Shown here: positions 35,092-48,920 of the stretch, piece by piece
How positions within the stretch are numbered: the first letter of the stretch is position 1
Layout of the letters: every line of letters starts with the position of its first letter
Assembly (NCBI GenBank): GCA_964234715.1
Contig: OZ174288.1
Length of the DNA stretch: 64,000 bases
Origin: Podarcis melisellensis
Lineage: Eukaryota
Strand: one strand, 5' to 3'
Notes under the pieces: model-generated
Database searches by the model: none
Seen by the model: only the letters and a program-made list of their open reading frames with translations
What the model was told of the DNA's origin: nothing
Translations under genes and position numbers: made by a program

Positions 35092-38000
35092 GTATTATGA
35101 CCGTTCTCATTTCTGTTACACCTCTTCTCTCTTTTTAAGTCTGGCCTGTTAACAATCCATGTGAAGTTGGAGTGGGGAGGTTTGCAGCAAGAGAGATTAG
35201 AGTCTCTTCCCCCTATATATATTTTTTTAAATAAAAAACTAGCATTTTTCTTGTCAGGAAATGGCTGCCGTGCGGGTGTGGCAGAACACAAAATGGCTGC
35301 TCCCAGGGTTCCTCAGACAGATCCTTCTATTGGACAACAGACCTGTGTTGCTTGTCCTGTTTTCCAGTAACTAGCCTCCTGCCCTTAGGTGGCAGTGGAA
35401 GATTTTTGCTTTTCACCAGTGATTCAACAGCCCACCCAGTCTGCTTCTATATGTGTCGTAGACCCCAGGTTTCTGAAAGACCTCCTCCTGCAGAGACCCT
35501 TTTGGGAGTTAAGATCAGCAAAGTGGACCCTCTTGATAGTTCTTACCTCCCTCAGACGTTTGGTAGGTGGTGATCTGAGAGAAGGCATTCTCTGCAGCAG
35601 CCCCTTGTTCTTGAATTTCTCTTCCTCACCCCGAGGTGTGCCTGCTACTCTCACTATACAGCTGAAGTTTGTGCCTCTTTATGCTGGCCTTTGGCACCTG
35701 AGCTGTATATTTTTTGGACCCACTCCAGTTGTGATCATAATGAACTGTTTTAATAAATACAAGTGCTAAGTGCAATAGTGATGTTGTATTATTATAACAG
35801 TGGTTCGTTTTGCTCCAGACACCAAATAATCCTTTCTCTCGGGGGAGCGAAATGTCTCAGTACGTAACTAGACTTTGATGGTTCCCCAACCATTGGCCAA
35901 ATTGACTGGGGCTGGTGGGAGTTTTATCCCAGCACTCACAAGTCCCCCCACTCTTGCCTGGACCAACATGTCGAAGCTGCTGAGCAAGGAGCAGCTTGCA
36001 CCAGTCAAGTCCTTAGCCAGCGGATTCCACGTTGCAAAGATCATGACTTTAATTGGCTTATTTGTTAGCAGCGTTGAAAAGCAAGGTCAGGGTGTTTTTC
36101 GAGACCAGAGACAAAAGGCCAAGCACGCCTGGAGTATCCACCCTAGTGATAAACTGACCACTTTGTTTTTTATTGTATTATTACTTTTTTTCAAACCTAT
36201 CTTCTGACTTCACTGAAGGATGTGTTATTAGTTTCCAGGGGGGGGGGAAATCTTTTGCATCCCCCTTAACCCAGAAAACGGCAGGAGTAACATGACAAAA
36301 TTCAAGGCAGCATCCCAGACTGAAGTTCTTCCGTGCCATTTTTGTGGGGGAGCAGAAGCAGGCATGTGTGGAAATGGATGCCCAACGTTGCCCAATGAAG
36401 TTTGTTCTTTCACATCATGCCCACGGGCGTGAATGAAATGCCAGTGTCTTGGCCAGAAAGCCACAGTCCCATATCACAACAGGTAGTGCAGTGTGAAAAG
36501 AACATTAGAAACAGGACAGAGGTGCTAGCATTATAATCAGGAAAACGAACACAATATTTCCCTATGTCTTAATGTGCCATAGGTGCAAAATGCCTGACTG
36601 GCCGTGAAATATTCTGGGGGGACAGACTCGCCGCTGACATTGTTTTATAATTCTTCAGTTCAAAGTAAAAGGGAATTTGGAGAGGAACACAAAATGTCGA
36701 ATGATCTTTGTCGGGAAGTATCAAGAGGGTGTTGTTGTTTTTGCAAAGGATAGGAGGGAATCACAAGTGTCATGAGATGAACTTTGTGGAGCCAGAGGGT
36801 GGGGAACTTGTTTACCCCTCAGATATTGCTGGACTCAGACTCCCATCATCTGGGGCTTTTGGACATGCTGGCTGGGCCTGATGATGGGAGTTTGCTTCCA
36901 ACAGCACAAGCTGGGAAACAGATTTCTCACCCCTGTTGTAGAGAGAAGGCACCTCTTTTCCCCTTGCAGCTGTAAGGAGTAAAGGGGTGAAGAGGAGAGG
37001 GCTGTTGGTGACCACTAGCCATGATGGCTGAGAACAGGATGCTAGACTAACCAGAAAGGCCATTGGAAGTTGATTTATACAGTGTCAGACCATTGGTCCA
37101 TCTAGCTCAGTACTGTCAACACGGACAGGTGGTGCAGCTCTGCAGGAGTGATTGAAGAAAGAGGGGAAAGGGAGTAGCTCCCCCCGCCAGCCAGAGGAAG
37201 CTGGCCCACTGGGGCAAGTGGGGCGCTGCCAACACCCACCCTCACCTGTCTGCTGCCTTACCTACTTCTTGTCCAAGAAGTGGCGCTCTTCCTTAGTGTT
37301 GCTTTTGTGAAATTCAGCAAGGGAGGGGGACAGAACTAGAATTAGTTGCCTCTGCCTGCTATTGGCTTTGCTTGGGTTCCTGGCCTTCTGTTCTGCCAGT
37401 CTCTACGGGCATCATCCTCCCTGGCTGCCAGCATGTGGCCCCTGATGGATCTCCCCCCCCTCTCCTCCCTGGAATGCAGTCCTTGATAGTAAAGATTCCC
37501 GTCTTTCGGTGTGGGAGATGCTAACTCTGAGAACTTTGTCACTGGCTTGGCAAAGGAGCAATAACATTTGACCAAAGGTGCTGCGGACAACTATTTAATA
37601 AATTCTAATAGTTCACCAAGCAGCAGCAGCAGCAGCAGCCAGGCAGCTCAAGTGAGGGCCCCTGCTTGTGGTATAAATAAACGCTGCCTATTTTTAGAGC
37701 CTCTGGGAGTGGCGTGGCTTTAAGCCACAGGAAAGCTGCTTAAGTTCTCCAGGCAAACTCTTACTTTATAGCTAAGATTAGCCTGTCTTTAAATGAAGCC
37801 TGTTACTGTACCCTTCCTGGCTTCCCCTTCCTTCATTATCTGATCTTAAGAGGCAACTCCCATGAAGGAAGCAGTGTGTTATTTGTGTTTCCAGAACTCT
37901 ATATGGGTAGCATTTAGCTAAGGCAGTATCCTGACTCCTGCCCTGTCCATGGAAACAGGCACTAACTTGGAGGTTAAGGCTATCAAGGGCTACTAGCCAT

Positions 38001-41000
38001 GTTGGCTATAGGCTCTGCCTCCACAGTCAGAGGAGGGAGGGGTCTTGTGCTCAGATCCTGCTTGAGGGACGTCTTGTTGGCCAATGAGAACAGGATGCTG
38101 GACTAGATCCAGCAGGGCTCTTCTTGTGCAAGACAGAAATCTCCAATGAGGCAGACAAAAGATGCACGCTCAGCAATAGGTAATGAGTCACGGCAGCTGC
38201 TGTGTTCCAGCTAGATGGCAGGAAAAGAGAAGCTAGCTGGACTGGAAGCAGTGGTCTTGAGTTGAAAGAGTCCACGATCAGGGCAAGGAGGTCAGAACTG
38301 CATGGAAGGAGCAGAGCTGTCCCAATGGGTTGGCACACCCACACACCCAGCATTTGAAGATGAGAAAGTGTGTTTACTCCTGCAGTGTGCAGATGCTCAT
38401 TGCATTGGGGAGAATGCAACTGTTCCCAGCGGCAGAAGCGTCTCTGGGTCCTGGTTGAGTTGTCAGAGTCCTCCTCTTCGGACTGTGGTCCTTCCACCTC
38501 AAATGATGGGCTGATGCCCTTCCTGGATCCTGTTGCTGTGCAACAGGGAGATGGGAGTTCTGTTTCCCCAGCTGGCAGAGCCACATCCTGGAAGGGGGAG
38601 GCACCCACCTCCTCCAGCCTCTGTTCTTGGGACTCAGCCTCCTCCTTTATGCTTCTTCCTGTATCCTCTCCTTGCCCGTCTCCGTCTGCTTCTCTACTGG
38701 TGGCACCTTGAGACTCAAGACAGGCAGGACAAGGAGTGGGGAGGAAATGTTCAGCCTACAATTAAGCAGTGGGAATGCTGCAAACAACTGCCAAACACAG
38801 TGTTCATTGGGCAGCACCCTCAGGCTTCATGTCTAGCCCTTAGCAACCTGATGAGCTCCAGATATTTGGTCTGCAAATCCAGTGAGCCCTGGCTAGCCTG
38901 GTTGTGGGATGCTTGAGCTACTGGGTTGGGGCTGGTGGGAATTGCAAGAATAATTCAATTGGTTTCACAAGGTCTAAAATACCCATACTTGAAACTCTGA
39001 AAAACCACAAAATGACTGGGTTACACCACAAGAAAAGCTTTCCTAAACAAAAATGTATCCAGTAGGCACCGAAACATAATCACATTAGGCTTCTGTCTGA
39101 TTTTGGCTTGCAGTTGATTCCAGAGAGCTGGCGCTGCAACTCTAAAAGCCTGGTTTCCAGTACATACTTTAAGTCAGTGAGGGGAAGGGGACCTCATGGG
39201 CACCAGGGAAGGCCTCTCTGGGCACATCTGCACCCATGGGCAGATTTTATATGAATCTGTGTCCCCCTTTTTTGTGTGTGATGCATAAATGGCTGCCCTA
39301 CTTTAGCAGCAAAGGAGCAATGCAGCCTGTTAGGGTCTAGGACAAGGGCAGGGATCCTTTTTCAGCCCGAGGGCCGCATTCCCTTCTAGGTAGTCTTCTG
39401 GGGGGCCACGTCCCTATGGTAGGCAGAGCTTGAGACAAAAGTGGGTAGAGCAGATAAACTTTCCATTTTCCGAACCCTAACCTGGGGTAAAATCCTAAAA
39501 AAGGAGAACAACTTTGGTCGGCCCTCACGGCCCTTCACTTCATCAAATCTGGCCCTCTTTGAAAAAGGTTTGGACACCATGGACCTTCCACCTGCCGCTC
39601 GTTCTCCCACAGCTCCCCCCCCCCCCGCCGGTGTCTCTTTTGTCAACTGTGTGCCATTGTTCTGTGTAGCTTGCTCTTTTCATCACTGGAGAAATGGCAA
39701 GAGTCCATTGCTGGCAACTGGCCCCTGCTGAAACACATTTGCATCTGCATTTCAAGGTCACTCCAGTTCCCTTTCTTTTTCCTTTTGGCTTTTCTTGCAC
39801 ATGTGATTGCCAAAGGACGGCCTCTGTTTTCGTGAAATCAACACTGCTCCACTTCTGCTCTTGAGAATACTTGGCAGAAAACTTGTGACTTTTACCCAGA
39901 GTAAAAAATGCTGAGGCTATCTCTTTCCCCATCGGAGCGGATTCTGAGTGCCTAGAACTCTCCCCTGCCCCCCACTATGAAAATCCAACAACAAAAAAAC
40001 CCCAAGAGGGATCTGTTTCTCCTGAGACATCAGTGAAGGGTGAGCTTTCTGTGTGACTGAAGGAATCTCACACGGCTCTTAAGAACGGCTTTGGAAGAAC
40101 TCTCTCTAGGAGAGGTGACCTCTGTTGGACTGGGAAGCAAACGAAGAAGTTGCCAAAGGAAATAAGCTCATTTGTTGGTGCAGATGAGAAGCCTCTCTCC
40201 CTGTTTGTCGCACATATTACATAATGGGCTATTTGGGGACAATTGCCACATCTCTTTTCTTCTCCATCTCCCATCCTAACGTTAAACATGCAGAGTAAGC
40301 CTTGGTAATGTCTGACTGTCCATGAATTGCTTCTAGTCATGTCTGGAAGGGCGTTTCTTCAAAACATCTGGTCTGGCAGCAGAAGTGCCCGCCTCTTGAC
40401 CAAAACAAGGGAGACCTTTTATCTCAGTTTCGAAAGCTATTGAAGGCTAAGTCATCACAGGGCCTCTTGGCTAAAATACAGTGTTGTTTCGTAAGGGGAG
40501 GGAGCATGGGAATTCAAAAGCAGTTTTTAAAAAGTGCTGCATTACTGTAGTCCATTAACGTTTCTGACTCCAAGAAATAAAATTTTAAACCAAAGGGTTT
40601 AAACACATATTTTTAAAAACTTGATTCTTTAGGTTTTATTTTGATTTGTATTGAAGGTTTTACCTGTTTTAAAATGTCCTGTAAGTCAGTGCTTTTCAAA
40701 GCTAGCCAATGTGGTGGACTGGCAAATTCCCCACCCCCCAATGTCCCATGGACTGGTACCATATTTGGTCTCTGAAGCATCCCGGCCAACCTGGGCTGCG
40801 GTGGAGTTGTCAGGGACCAGCAGCTAGTGGTTGTTTGGGGACCACCACTTTGAGTAGCGCTGTTTTAAGTTAGAATTGGTTCTCGAACACCTTGGTACTT
40901 GTACGTTTTGGCTCGTGAACAGCGCAAAACCGGAAGTGTTCCGGTTTGCGAACATTTTTTTGGAAGCCGAATATCCGAAGCTGCTTCCGATTGAGTGCAG

Positions 41001-41378
41001 GAAGCTCCTGCAGCCAATTGGAAGCCACGCTTTGGTTTTTGGAAGCCGAATGGACCTCCGGAACAGATTACATTCGAGAACCAAGGTACAATGGTATTTG
41101 TTAAGCAAAGGTCTTCATGTAGCTAAAAATTCAAAAATAAGTTGTGAGCTAGCTTTGAAGATGAGTGTGTGGAAAGCAACTTGTTAGGGGTAGTTTATTC
41201 AAAAACATATTTCTATCATCTAAGAGACATTTTAAAAGTGCATGGAAGCTTTATAGGCTGTATTGCTGCAAGAGACCAATCTTCAGAAAGTTTGTCATTC
41301 TGTCAAGCTTGGTGCTCATTTTATACATTTTCTTTTTAAAGAGCAATTATAGCCACTTATTTTTTCTCTCTCTTGCAG

Positions 41379-41511
41379 AGTTGGTGTATTGGAAGACACA
41401 TTCACCTGTCTCGGTGTCTTTTGTGCCATCGTATTCTTTCCTATTGGAATTCTCTTCTGTCTTGCATTGAGGCAACGAAGATGTCCTAACTGCGGTGCAA
41501 CGTTTGGTTAA
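41379..41511 (+). CDS. BRI3: BRI3 coding exon 3 with stop codon
   Basis: [43 protein letters not shown]; total CDS 414 nt = 137 aa; hydrophobic segment flanked by CxxC motifs. Confidence 0.96.
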
Positions 41512-41755
41512 GGGATCAACACAAATAGGTTTTTTGGAAGCTGTAACTATTGTAGTACCTTTTTTCTAATGTAAATGTCATGTACAATCAAGTTTATGCT
41601 TCAGAGATGATTTTGTAAAAGTGTGATGAAATTAGTCTGTCTCTTTCTCTTCTCTTGCATGCGAAACTGATCTATGAGCATGTGTGTGTGTGTGTAAGAC
41701 ACAAATCCACCCCCACCCCCCGCTTTCTGTTTAAAATGCACCTTTTGGAAATTTA

Positions 41756-41888
41756 AATAAAAGTGGGTTTTTGCAACTTCACTGGGGCCCAGCTCTTTCT
41801 TCTAAAGAGAAATAAAATTTAGTAGCGCCAATGCAAACCACCACAAGCTAAGGTAGGCTTGTTCCATTAGGCATCTTTGCCTAATAAA
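41756..41888 (+). terminator. Candidate BRI3 polyadenylation signals
   Basis: AATAAA at 41756, 41811 and 41883, 245-370 nt after the stop. Confidence 0.55.
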
Positions 41889-44800
41889 TGCAGTCCGAAC
41901 TCGCCACCAATTTCATCTCCACCTTTATTTAATTTGAAATTTATAGTTGGCTTTTCAGTTGTTCCCAAAGCAGGTTACAATTAAAACACAAATTTGTTTC
42001 CTGCAACTTGTCTTTTTTATGAAAAATATAGCATGAATACAACACACAGTTTATGCATTACACACATACATTTGTGTCTCAGCATCATCATACCTAAAAA
42101 GCTACTTCTGGGACTACAGGGGTGCAAGTACTCTGTCTGCACCTTGATTAGGCTCTGCCCCTCTTTGAACCTACAGCCTCCAAATCCCGCAAACTGGTTT
42201 AACATGTGAAGTGTGTCTGGAATGCTGTGAGCTAGGAGTCAGCTGGTTTGCCCTTAATTCACATGTGAAATGCACACATCTCATGGGTAGTACTACAAGT
42301 TCTAACACAATGCTTGACATGTGCCACATCTTTGGATATACTTGACAGAACTTATCACAAGGTACCACTAGTTATATTTATTTGACCAGCACATTATCTT
42401 AAGCAACTGCCTTGCTCCAAACACAGCTTCTTAATGTCCAGCCTTGGACATATGGGATATATGTATCCCATGTTTGTGATGTTATCAGTGCTACACATAT
42501 TCCAGAAGACACACATCCCCTTTCTAAATCTAGGTTAAGATCTTCCAGTTCAGAGCTTGGCTTCTGGAAAGGGGACTGGGTGTGCTTTGCACTCTTAATA
42601 TTTAATAAAAACCCTAATGTCTATGTCAATGAAGGTTGTAGAGTTAAGCATGGAAGCTCAGGGCAGTGAAAAATACATGCACGCACATTAATGCTTGTGG
42701 ACTGCTGGTTCTTATCTAAAACAGAGAGATTTAGTTAGTCCTTGCAGATATAAAAGCTGCTTGCCCTCAGTCAAGCAGCCAATGTGATGCTTTCCAGAGC
42801 CTATCGGCCTCAGCCAGCATAAACTACAACTCTTACAAAACCCTGATGGTTGGCTAACAACTTCTGGAAAGCGCCTTGTTGGCTAGCCCTGCTCTGAATG
42901 GCTACCTCCGTACCAGGAGCAAAACTGGACATGAACTACAGCTGGAAGTTATGCCACAACTATGAACAGAAGGCCTCCAGTACCTGCTGGGATGCTTCTT
43001 CTAGTAGTTAAGATCAAATACATGATTGCTCCCAAGCAACCTTAATCATCTGCATTTGGTTTAGCAAAAAAGACCATTCGCTTAGGTAACTACCTGTGCA
43101 CCAGAGTAATTTTTAAATGTTTTCACAAGACACTGGAGCCCAAACAACTACTTGCTTATACACAAAGGGGCTGCACATACCTAGTCTTATTGAAAATTGA
43201 AATCAGAGTTCACCTGCCCCATCTAAAATTCCTTCTGAAAGATATACTGTAAAAGCTATTTGTGTGTTGCTGCTGTTTTAAGAAATAGTTATTAACCCCA
43301 CCTTCAGGTACCCAAAAACCAAACTCACTATATTTTGTGGATAAAAATCTGGAGGCCACAAGTTCCCCAATCTTTGATGTGACAGAGTATATTTTCATAG
43401 TACCTTTTCTATGTAGTTGTCATTGGTAGTTACATTTACATCCTGTCTTCCAAAGTTCACAGCAGCATATGATTCTACCTCACTCCCTTTTCTCTTTACA
43501 ACAGTTCTGTGAGGTAGGTTACACCAAGAGATAGTTATTGTTTCAGAGTCACACAGTGAGCTTTAGGGCTATGGGGAGAGTTGATTCTGCATCAGGGTCC
43601 TATTTTAACTGTTTTCCAAACCTAGTGCCACTCAGATGTTTTACATCATTCACCCATCCCCACTTAGCCTCTAGCTGGTCTGATTTAAATTGTCAGCCAC
43701 GCATTTTAGAGCCCTGCCCTGTCCAAAATAGTTAAAGCTGAAACCCTGAGAACAGCTGACTACCAAAGTTGCCTATAAAACTCTTGTGTATGTGATACAA
43801 ATGGCAACGCCAAAAATTAATTGATCACATAACGTCTGACTTTAGGAAGCAAAATAGCTGGCATGTAACATTTATGCTGAGATAAGAGAGATTGTTTTCC
43901 ACCCTCCCTTTACCAGTCACCCCAAAACAGAGCTTTGCAGAATCTTGCAGAGCTGAAGAGTGGAATAGACCAGTTTGAAATCTCAAGTCATGTTTTGTTA
44001 TAGTCATTAACTCTCTTTCCCTTTATTGTTCAGGTCAGTTGTTTTGGCACATTCCCTGTCTGTTGTGGTTGCTAAAAGCTTGTAGAAGAGGCCAGTAAGT
44101 AACCAAATACCTCCACAAATAGAGAAGCAAAGAAATGGTATCTTAGAGTAACAGACTTTGCAGATTGATGGAAAGTTAAGCATGTTGTCCCCCCTCACGT
44201 TATGTGCGTTTTACTTAGAGGTGCTCAGCACAGCATTCCACTTCTAATAGGTGTGCTATTTTCAAAGATGAAACTTAATAAAAAACAATGACTTCTAGTG
44301 TGTGTCCCCTCCCAGCTTGTAAACAATTTGTCAGAGATTTTGATTTAAGTTTTGATTAAAAATTAAACATAGGTATGAGCTAAAAAAAAGAGCCCCCTTC
44401 TTAAAAACTGCATTTGTTCCATAGTTTGTATATGTAACAGGCAAGGTACCGGTATTTAACTGAGCAACTTTTATAGGCAAAACAACATGAAGTCTTCAGA
44501 ACTGTTCATCAGAATCATGGCATGAAAAGTTCTGTGTAAAGCTCAGAAGCACCTATAATGCTGTATGTGCAAGAACGGATCCAATTATATACAAATGCAT
44601 TTTCTACCTTGCACTTTTGAAAGTAGTGGTTTGCCCTGCATTATCAACAATCTGGGATGAAATGTAAATACAAGATGATCTAGAAGAAGAGAGAGGGTAG
44701 ATGTATCTGCTAAGTACTTAAGATCACCTTGTGGCTCGATAACCCTCAATGTTTTACCATGCCAAACTCTTGCCAAAATTGTTGAAGAATCTCTTGGGCC

Positions 44801-45842
44801 CTGTGTGTTCAACTCCCTGACGCACAATAGCCTCTCAGGCCGTGCTCCCAATATCACTTAAATACTTGTATGTACACACAAGAATGTCTCTATGTTCATC
44901 TGAAAATGGTGGAGGAATGTCAATCTACGTTTGTTTTCTGTAAAATTCCCTTAGCCACTTTTTAAGACATTGGCTTGAAGCTACCTGGTTATTCTGTAAT
45001 AATCAAAAAGGTAAAATGTAAATATATCCATGTGCTTTTTATATGTAGTGTTGGAAGTATTATTCTTTATACAGTAATGAGCCGTATTTCATTACGTAAG
45101 TACCAACCTGTCTTTAGAGACAACGTCTGAGGGTCGTGCTCCTGAAAAAGGGACAACACAGCAAAGGAATAGCCAGGATTTCTAATTGTAGTTATTTATC
45201 ACTGAAAGAATTTGTCTCAGTCAGTCCTATTCAATAGAATCTTGCTAAAAGGAAGACAGTATAATATTGTGCTTTGGCATATTGCAAACCATGTTACACT
45301 TCTCTGAACATTCAGAAGATCAATATTTATTCTTACTTTATTCTAAGACATTTATCTTACCCAGCAGAAACAAAGACTATTGCTTTACATAGTATTCTAT
45401 CGTATGTTAAGGCAATCCTTAAAATGGCTTGTCTATTAAAAAATCGGCTAAGCGTATTCATGTATCTAAGTAAACGGTACAAGCAAACTTAAATAATAAT
45501 TGGAACTTACCCATAGGACTATCAATACAACTTGCACAGAGCAATAAATGATCAATTATGCTGGTAATTACAATTTACTCAAACCTCTTCCCTATTTTGA
45601 CAATTCTGTCTTCCTAAACAAGGCACACTGTAATATGGAGAGATTTTTCAAGCATCTTAACCCATCAATAATTAGCTGATATAGGAAGCAAAAATATTTT
45701 TTAAAAGTCAGCATTCCAGTGCTACTGTACACATTAATTACATTTAAATAATGTTTAAAAACAACAACTTCAGATAGCATTTGAAAATCATATTGCTGAA
45801 GACAGTGTTTAACAAGGAAGGGTAAAAAGGGGTTACTGTTGT

Positions 45843-45918
45843 TCATCGAAGTATTGGCGCGGATCGGTCATTTGTTACTGTTGGTCGGAGTTTCACGGTA
45901 GCAAAGGGATTTTCTCCA
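45843..45918 (-). CDS. BAIAP2L1: BAIAP2L1 (IRTKS) last coding exon
   Basis: [24 protein letters not shown]; matches the IRTKS C-terminus (NPF plus WH2-like motif). Confidence 0.96.
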
Positions 45919-47658
45919 CTGTAATAAAAAAAACCCCACAAGAATTTTAACTACAATATTTGGAACCATACAAAATATGTAGTTAGGAAGCTTATAATTT
46001 TCACAAAATTGGGGGGTGAGGGGGCAGGCATTTAGAAAAGACCTGTTGCAGCTTTTAAAAACAGCAGAAGTCAAAACTCCTGGGTTTGACTGCAGATTAT
46101 TTCCGTCTAATGCCCAATCCCCCTGCCCTTTCCACTTGGACCTGCTGCTAGGAAGAAGAGATGGCAGCTGGGGACCACACATTCAGTTGTGACCCAGCAA
46201 AGGAGAAGCCCTGTCTCTCTCCACTTTTCATCAGCTAGAAAGGATAGCTCAGCCAGTATAGCATGAGACACTTAATCCCGGGATTGTGAGTTCCAGCTCC
46301 ATGCTGGGCAAAAGGTTCCTGCTTTGCAGGCATTTGGACTGAATGACCCTTGTGGCCCCTTCCAGCTCTGGAATTATATAATCCTAAGGTTCTCCAGGTG
46401 AGCGTTTTCTTGCAAGGTGGTGGTAGTTATTGGGGGTAGTGGAGTAGAATGCCAAAGGCGAAGTGATCATTTTATTTAGAGAAGCCTGGGAAGGAAGCGA
46501 ACAACACAGTTCACTGATGCCTTAATAATTTTATGTAAACTACTTTATGAGGCTTGCCTGAAAGGCAGTATAAACACGTTGAAAGTATATTGTAACACTT
46601 TATTGTGGAACTCAACAAGGTACTTATCAAGAAGGAATGATCTAAGGGCCAACTTTCATTCTCTTCCCATAAATGTATACTCCAGTCTAGCCTCACAGGA
46701 GGTGATAAAACCACTTGAGTATTTGTCTTTATTATATCAAATACCACCTCCTCCAAGATGCTAGGGGAGCATAAGGCAGTGGGCTTGGTTCTTCTCTCCC
46801 GCTTACAACAAGTAAGCTCTGTGGGGTAGGTTAGGTTGAGAGGGAATGACTCCCAAGATAATGCAGGAAGCTTCATGAGCCAATAGGGATTAGAACATGG
46901 GGCTCCTTGACCACAGCTTAACATGCTAACTACACTACCACACTGGCTCCATGGTGCCAGCATCATTGCATGTATGTTTCAGGAATCTGGTTAGCCACAC
47001 TGTCACTGCTGACCTTGAGCCACAGCCTGGTGCTTTGTTCTAGCTGGCTTTACAGAGTTTCTTAAATACATAAAGTAAAAATAAAATAGGATGACCCAGT
47101 TAAACTTTTAAAAATCATTACTGGCCACGCACTTCTCTTTCATAACTGCTTGTCTGAAGTATAAATTGAGATTGTAGAATCTCAATTATAATTTGTTTTA
47201 GCTTAAAATGGAACTGATAACAGGTCAACGGGGAGGGCTCATTTACATAGAACAAGAAAGGAAGTTCCCCATACTGTTCTGCATAACAGCTCTCACTGCT
47301 GCTTATTTAATCTTACCCTGTTTTCAGCCCCCACTCTACTTTCAGCATAAAATACTACCCAGGAAAAATCTGAGCAGACTCCATGAGAGTCAGATCTAGC
47401 ACTGCATTTGCCTGCACTATAGGACTGAGATTTGCTGCTGAATCAATTCATCTGTCATTTTTTGCTCTCCCAGAAGCAATATGGCAACTTAGATAATTTC
47501 AACTCATTTCCTGAAAAGCCAGTAGGGTAATCTGAATCAATCGCTAGAGTCTATGGAGGGGAAAAAAGCCATCCCCAAGAAATCCAATTCCCCCCTTTCA
47601 AGACTTATACATTGGTTCATGCTCTTAATTATGTTAAAAAGATAAATAAAACCCCTAC

Positions 47659-47699
47659 CTTAGGAAAGGTGGCTTTATAATGCCATTCATGTCAGGTTT
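47659..47699 (-). CDS. BAIAP2L1: BAIAP2L1 penultimate coding exon
   Basis: ttttcag|KPDMNGIIKPPFL(S)|gtaggg; 41 nt; resembles human NDANGTAKPPFLS; phase 0 to 2 fits the neighbouring exons. Confidence 0.9.
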
Positions 47700-48129
47700 C
47701 TGAAAATGGAAAGAAAGTCATAATATGAAGCACTTAATACCAGGAATTATATGATATTCAGGTAAGAAGATAGGTTTGTGAGTATTATTTACTACTTCCT
47801 CCTGTTGCTGCCATTTCAATGTGACTGTTAGCAGTAGATCAAGGCTTTCAAGAAAGCTGCACTGACTGGTGCCAAAGCGGATGGCAGAAACACATTCGCA
47901 GTAACAATTTCACCAGGCTTTCATCTGGATCTTTCAACCATAGCCATTGTGGTTAAAACCACAGTTTCACTGGGGAAGATTTGCTTACTAGCTGCTGAAG
48001 CCAAACAACATAAAATAGGACCAGCACCTATTAACAAGCAACACAGTTGTCAGAAGCCAAGTGTTCTGTGGATTCCCTGGGGCAGAGCTGTATGACCTAC
48101 AACTTCCCCAGTTGAAAGCAGCCCACAAG

Positions 48130-48528
48130 CAGGGCCGTCTTTATCCGGGGGTGCAAGGGGTGCAGGGCACCCAGACACCAAATTCTGGGGACGTGCCAAA
48201 TGTATACCTACTGTATACCTGTCCCTCTCGATTGGCGGCAGTGAAAAGCAATGGAGCGAAAGTCCCCACCCTTGTTGCTCTGTTACTCCCTAGCGTCAAA
48301 TATTCCCAACAAGTCAGGAAACAAAAGCATTTTTTTCCGCTGGGTCATTGTTATAGGTGAGCGATTCCCCTATAAATAAAAGCTCAACAACTTTGAGTTC
48401 GCCCCCCCTAAAAAAGTCAACAACTTTGGCCTCCCCCCTCCCAAATAATTTGGGGGTGGCTAAACTAAATTTGGGGGTGCTGGGCGGATCTTTGCACCCT
48501 GGCGGCGCATATGCTAAAGACGGCCCTG
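48130..48528. mobile_element. hAT non-autonomous element
   Basis: Perfect 14-bp TIR CAGGGCCGTCTTTA, 8-bp TSD CCCACAAG. Confidence 0.9.
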
Positions 48529-48920
48529 CCCACAAGACATGCATTGTGTCCTGCCAACTGCTTGACAACCGCCATCCTAGTTTCTAAAAACTCAGGCAAG
48601 CAACGAAAACATTTATCAAGTTTATCAAGTCCTCTGGGAGGATGTGTGGCCACACATTGTTGTGCAGGCCTGCCTTAAGGTGCCTGGAATAACATATTGG
48701 GTGAGGTGTGTCTGTTTTCCTCTTTGTTACCTTTCAGGAAGAGTTTTAAAACACTCCTGTTTACCGAGGTGTTAGGCGGCTGAAAGCTGTTGTTCCTGGC
48801 AACCTTGGAATTATTGCTGTGAAAGCAGGTGATAGTTTTCAGATGTTTTAAATATGTTGTTAATTTGTTTTTAATGGTATTGTTTTTAACACTGATAAGG
48901 CCCCGGGCTCCCTTGGGAGG

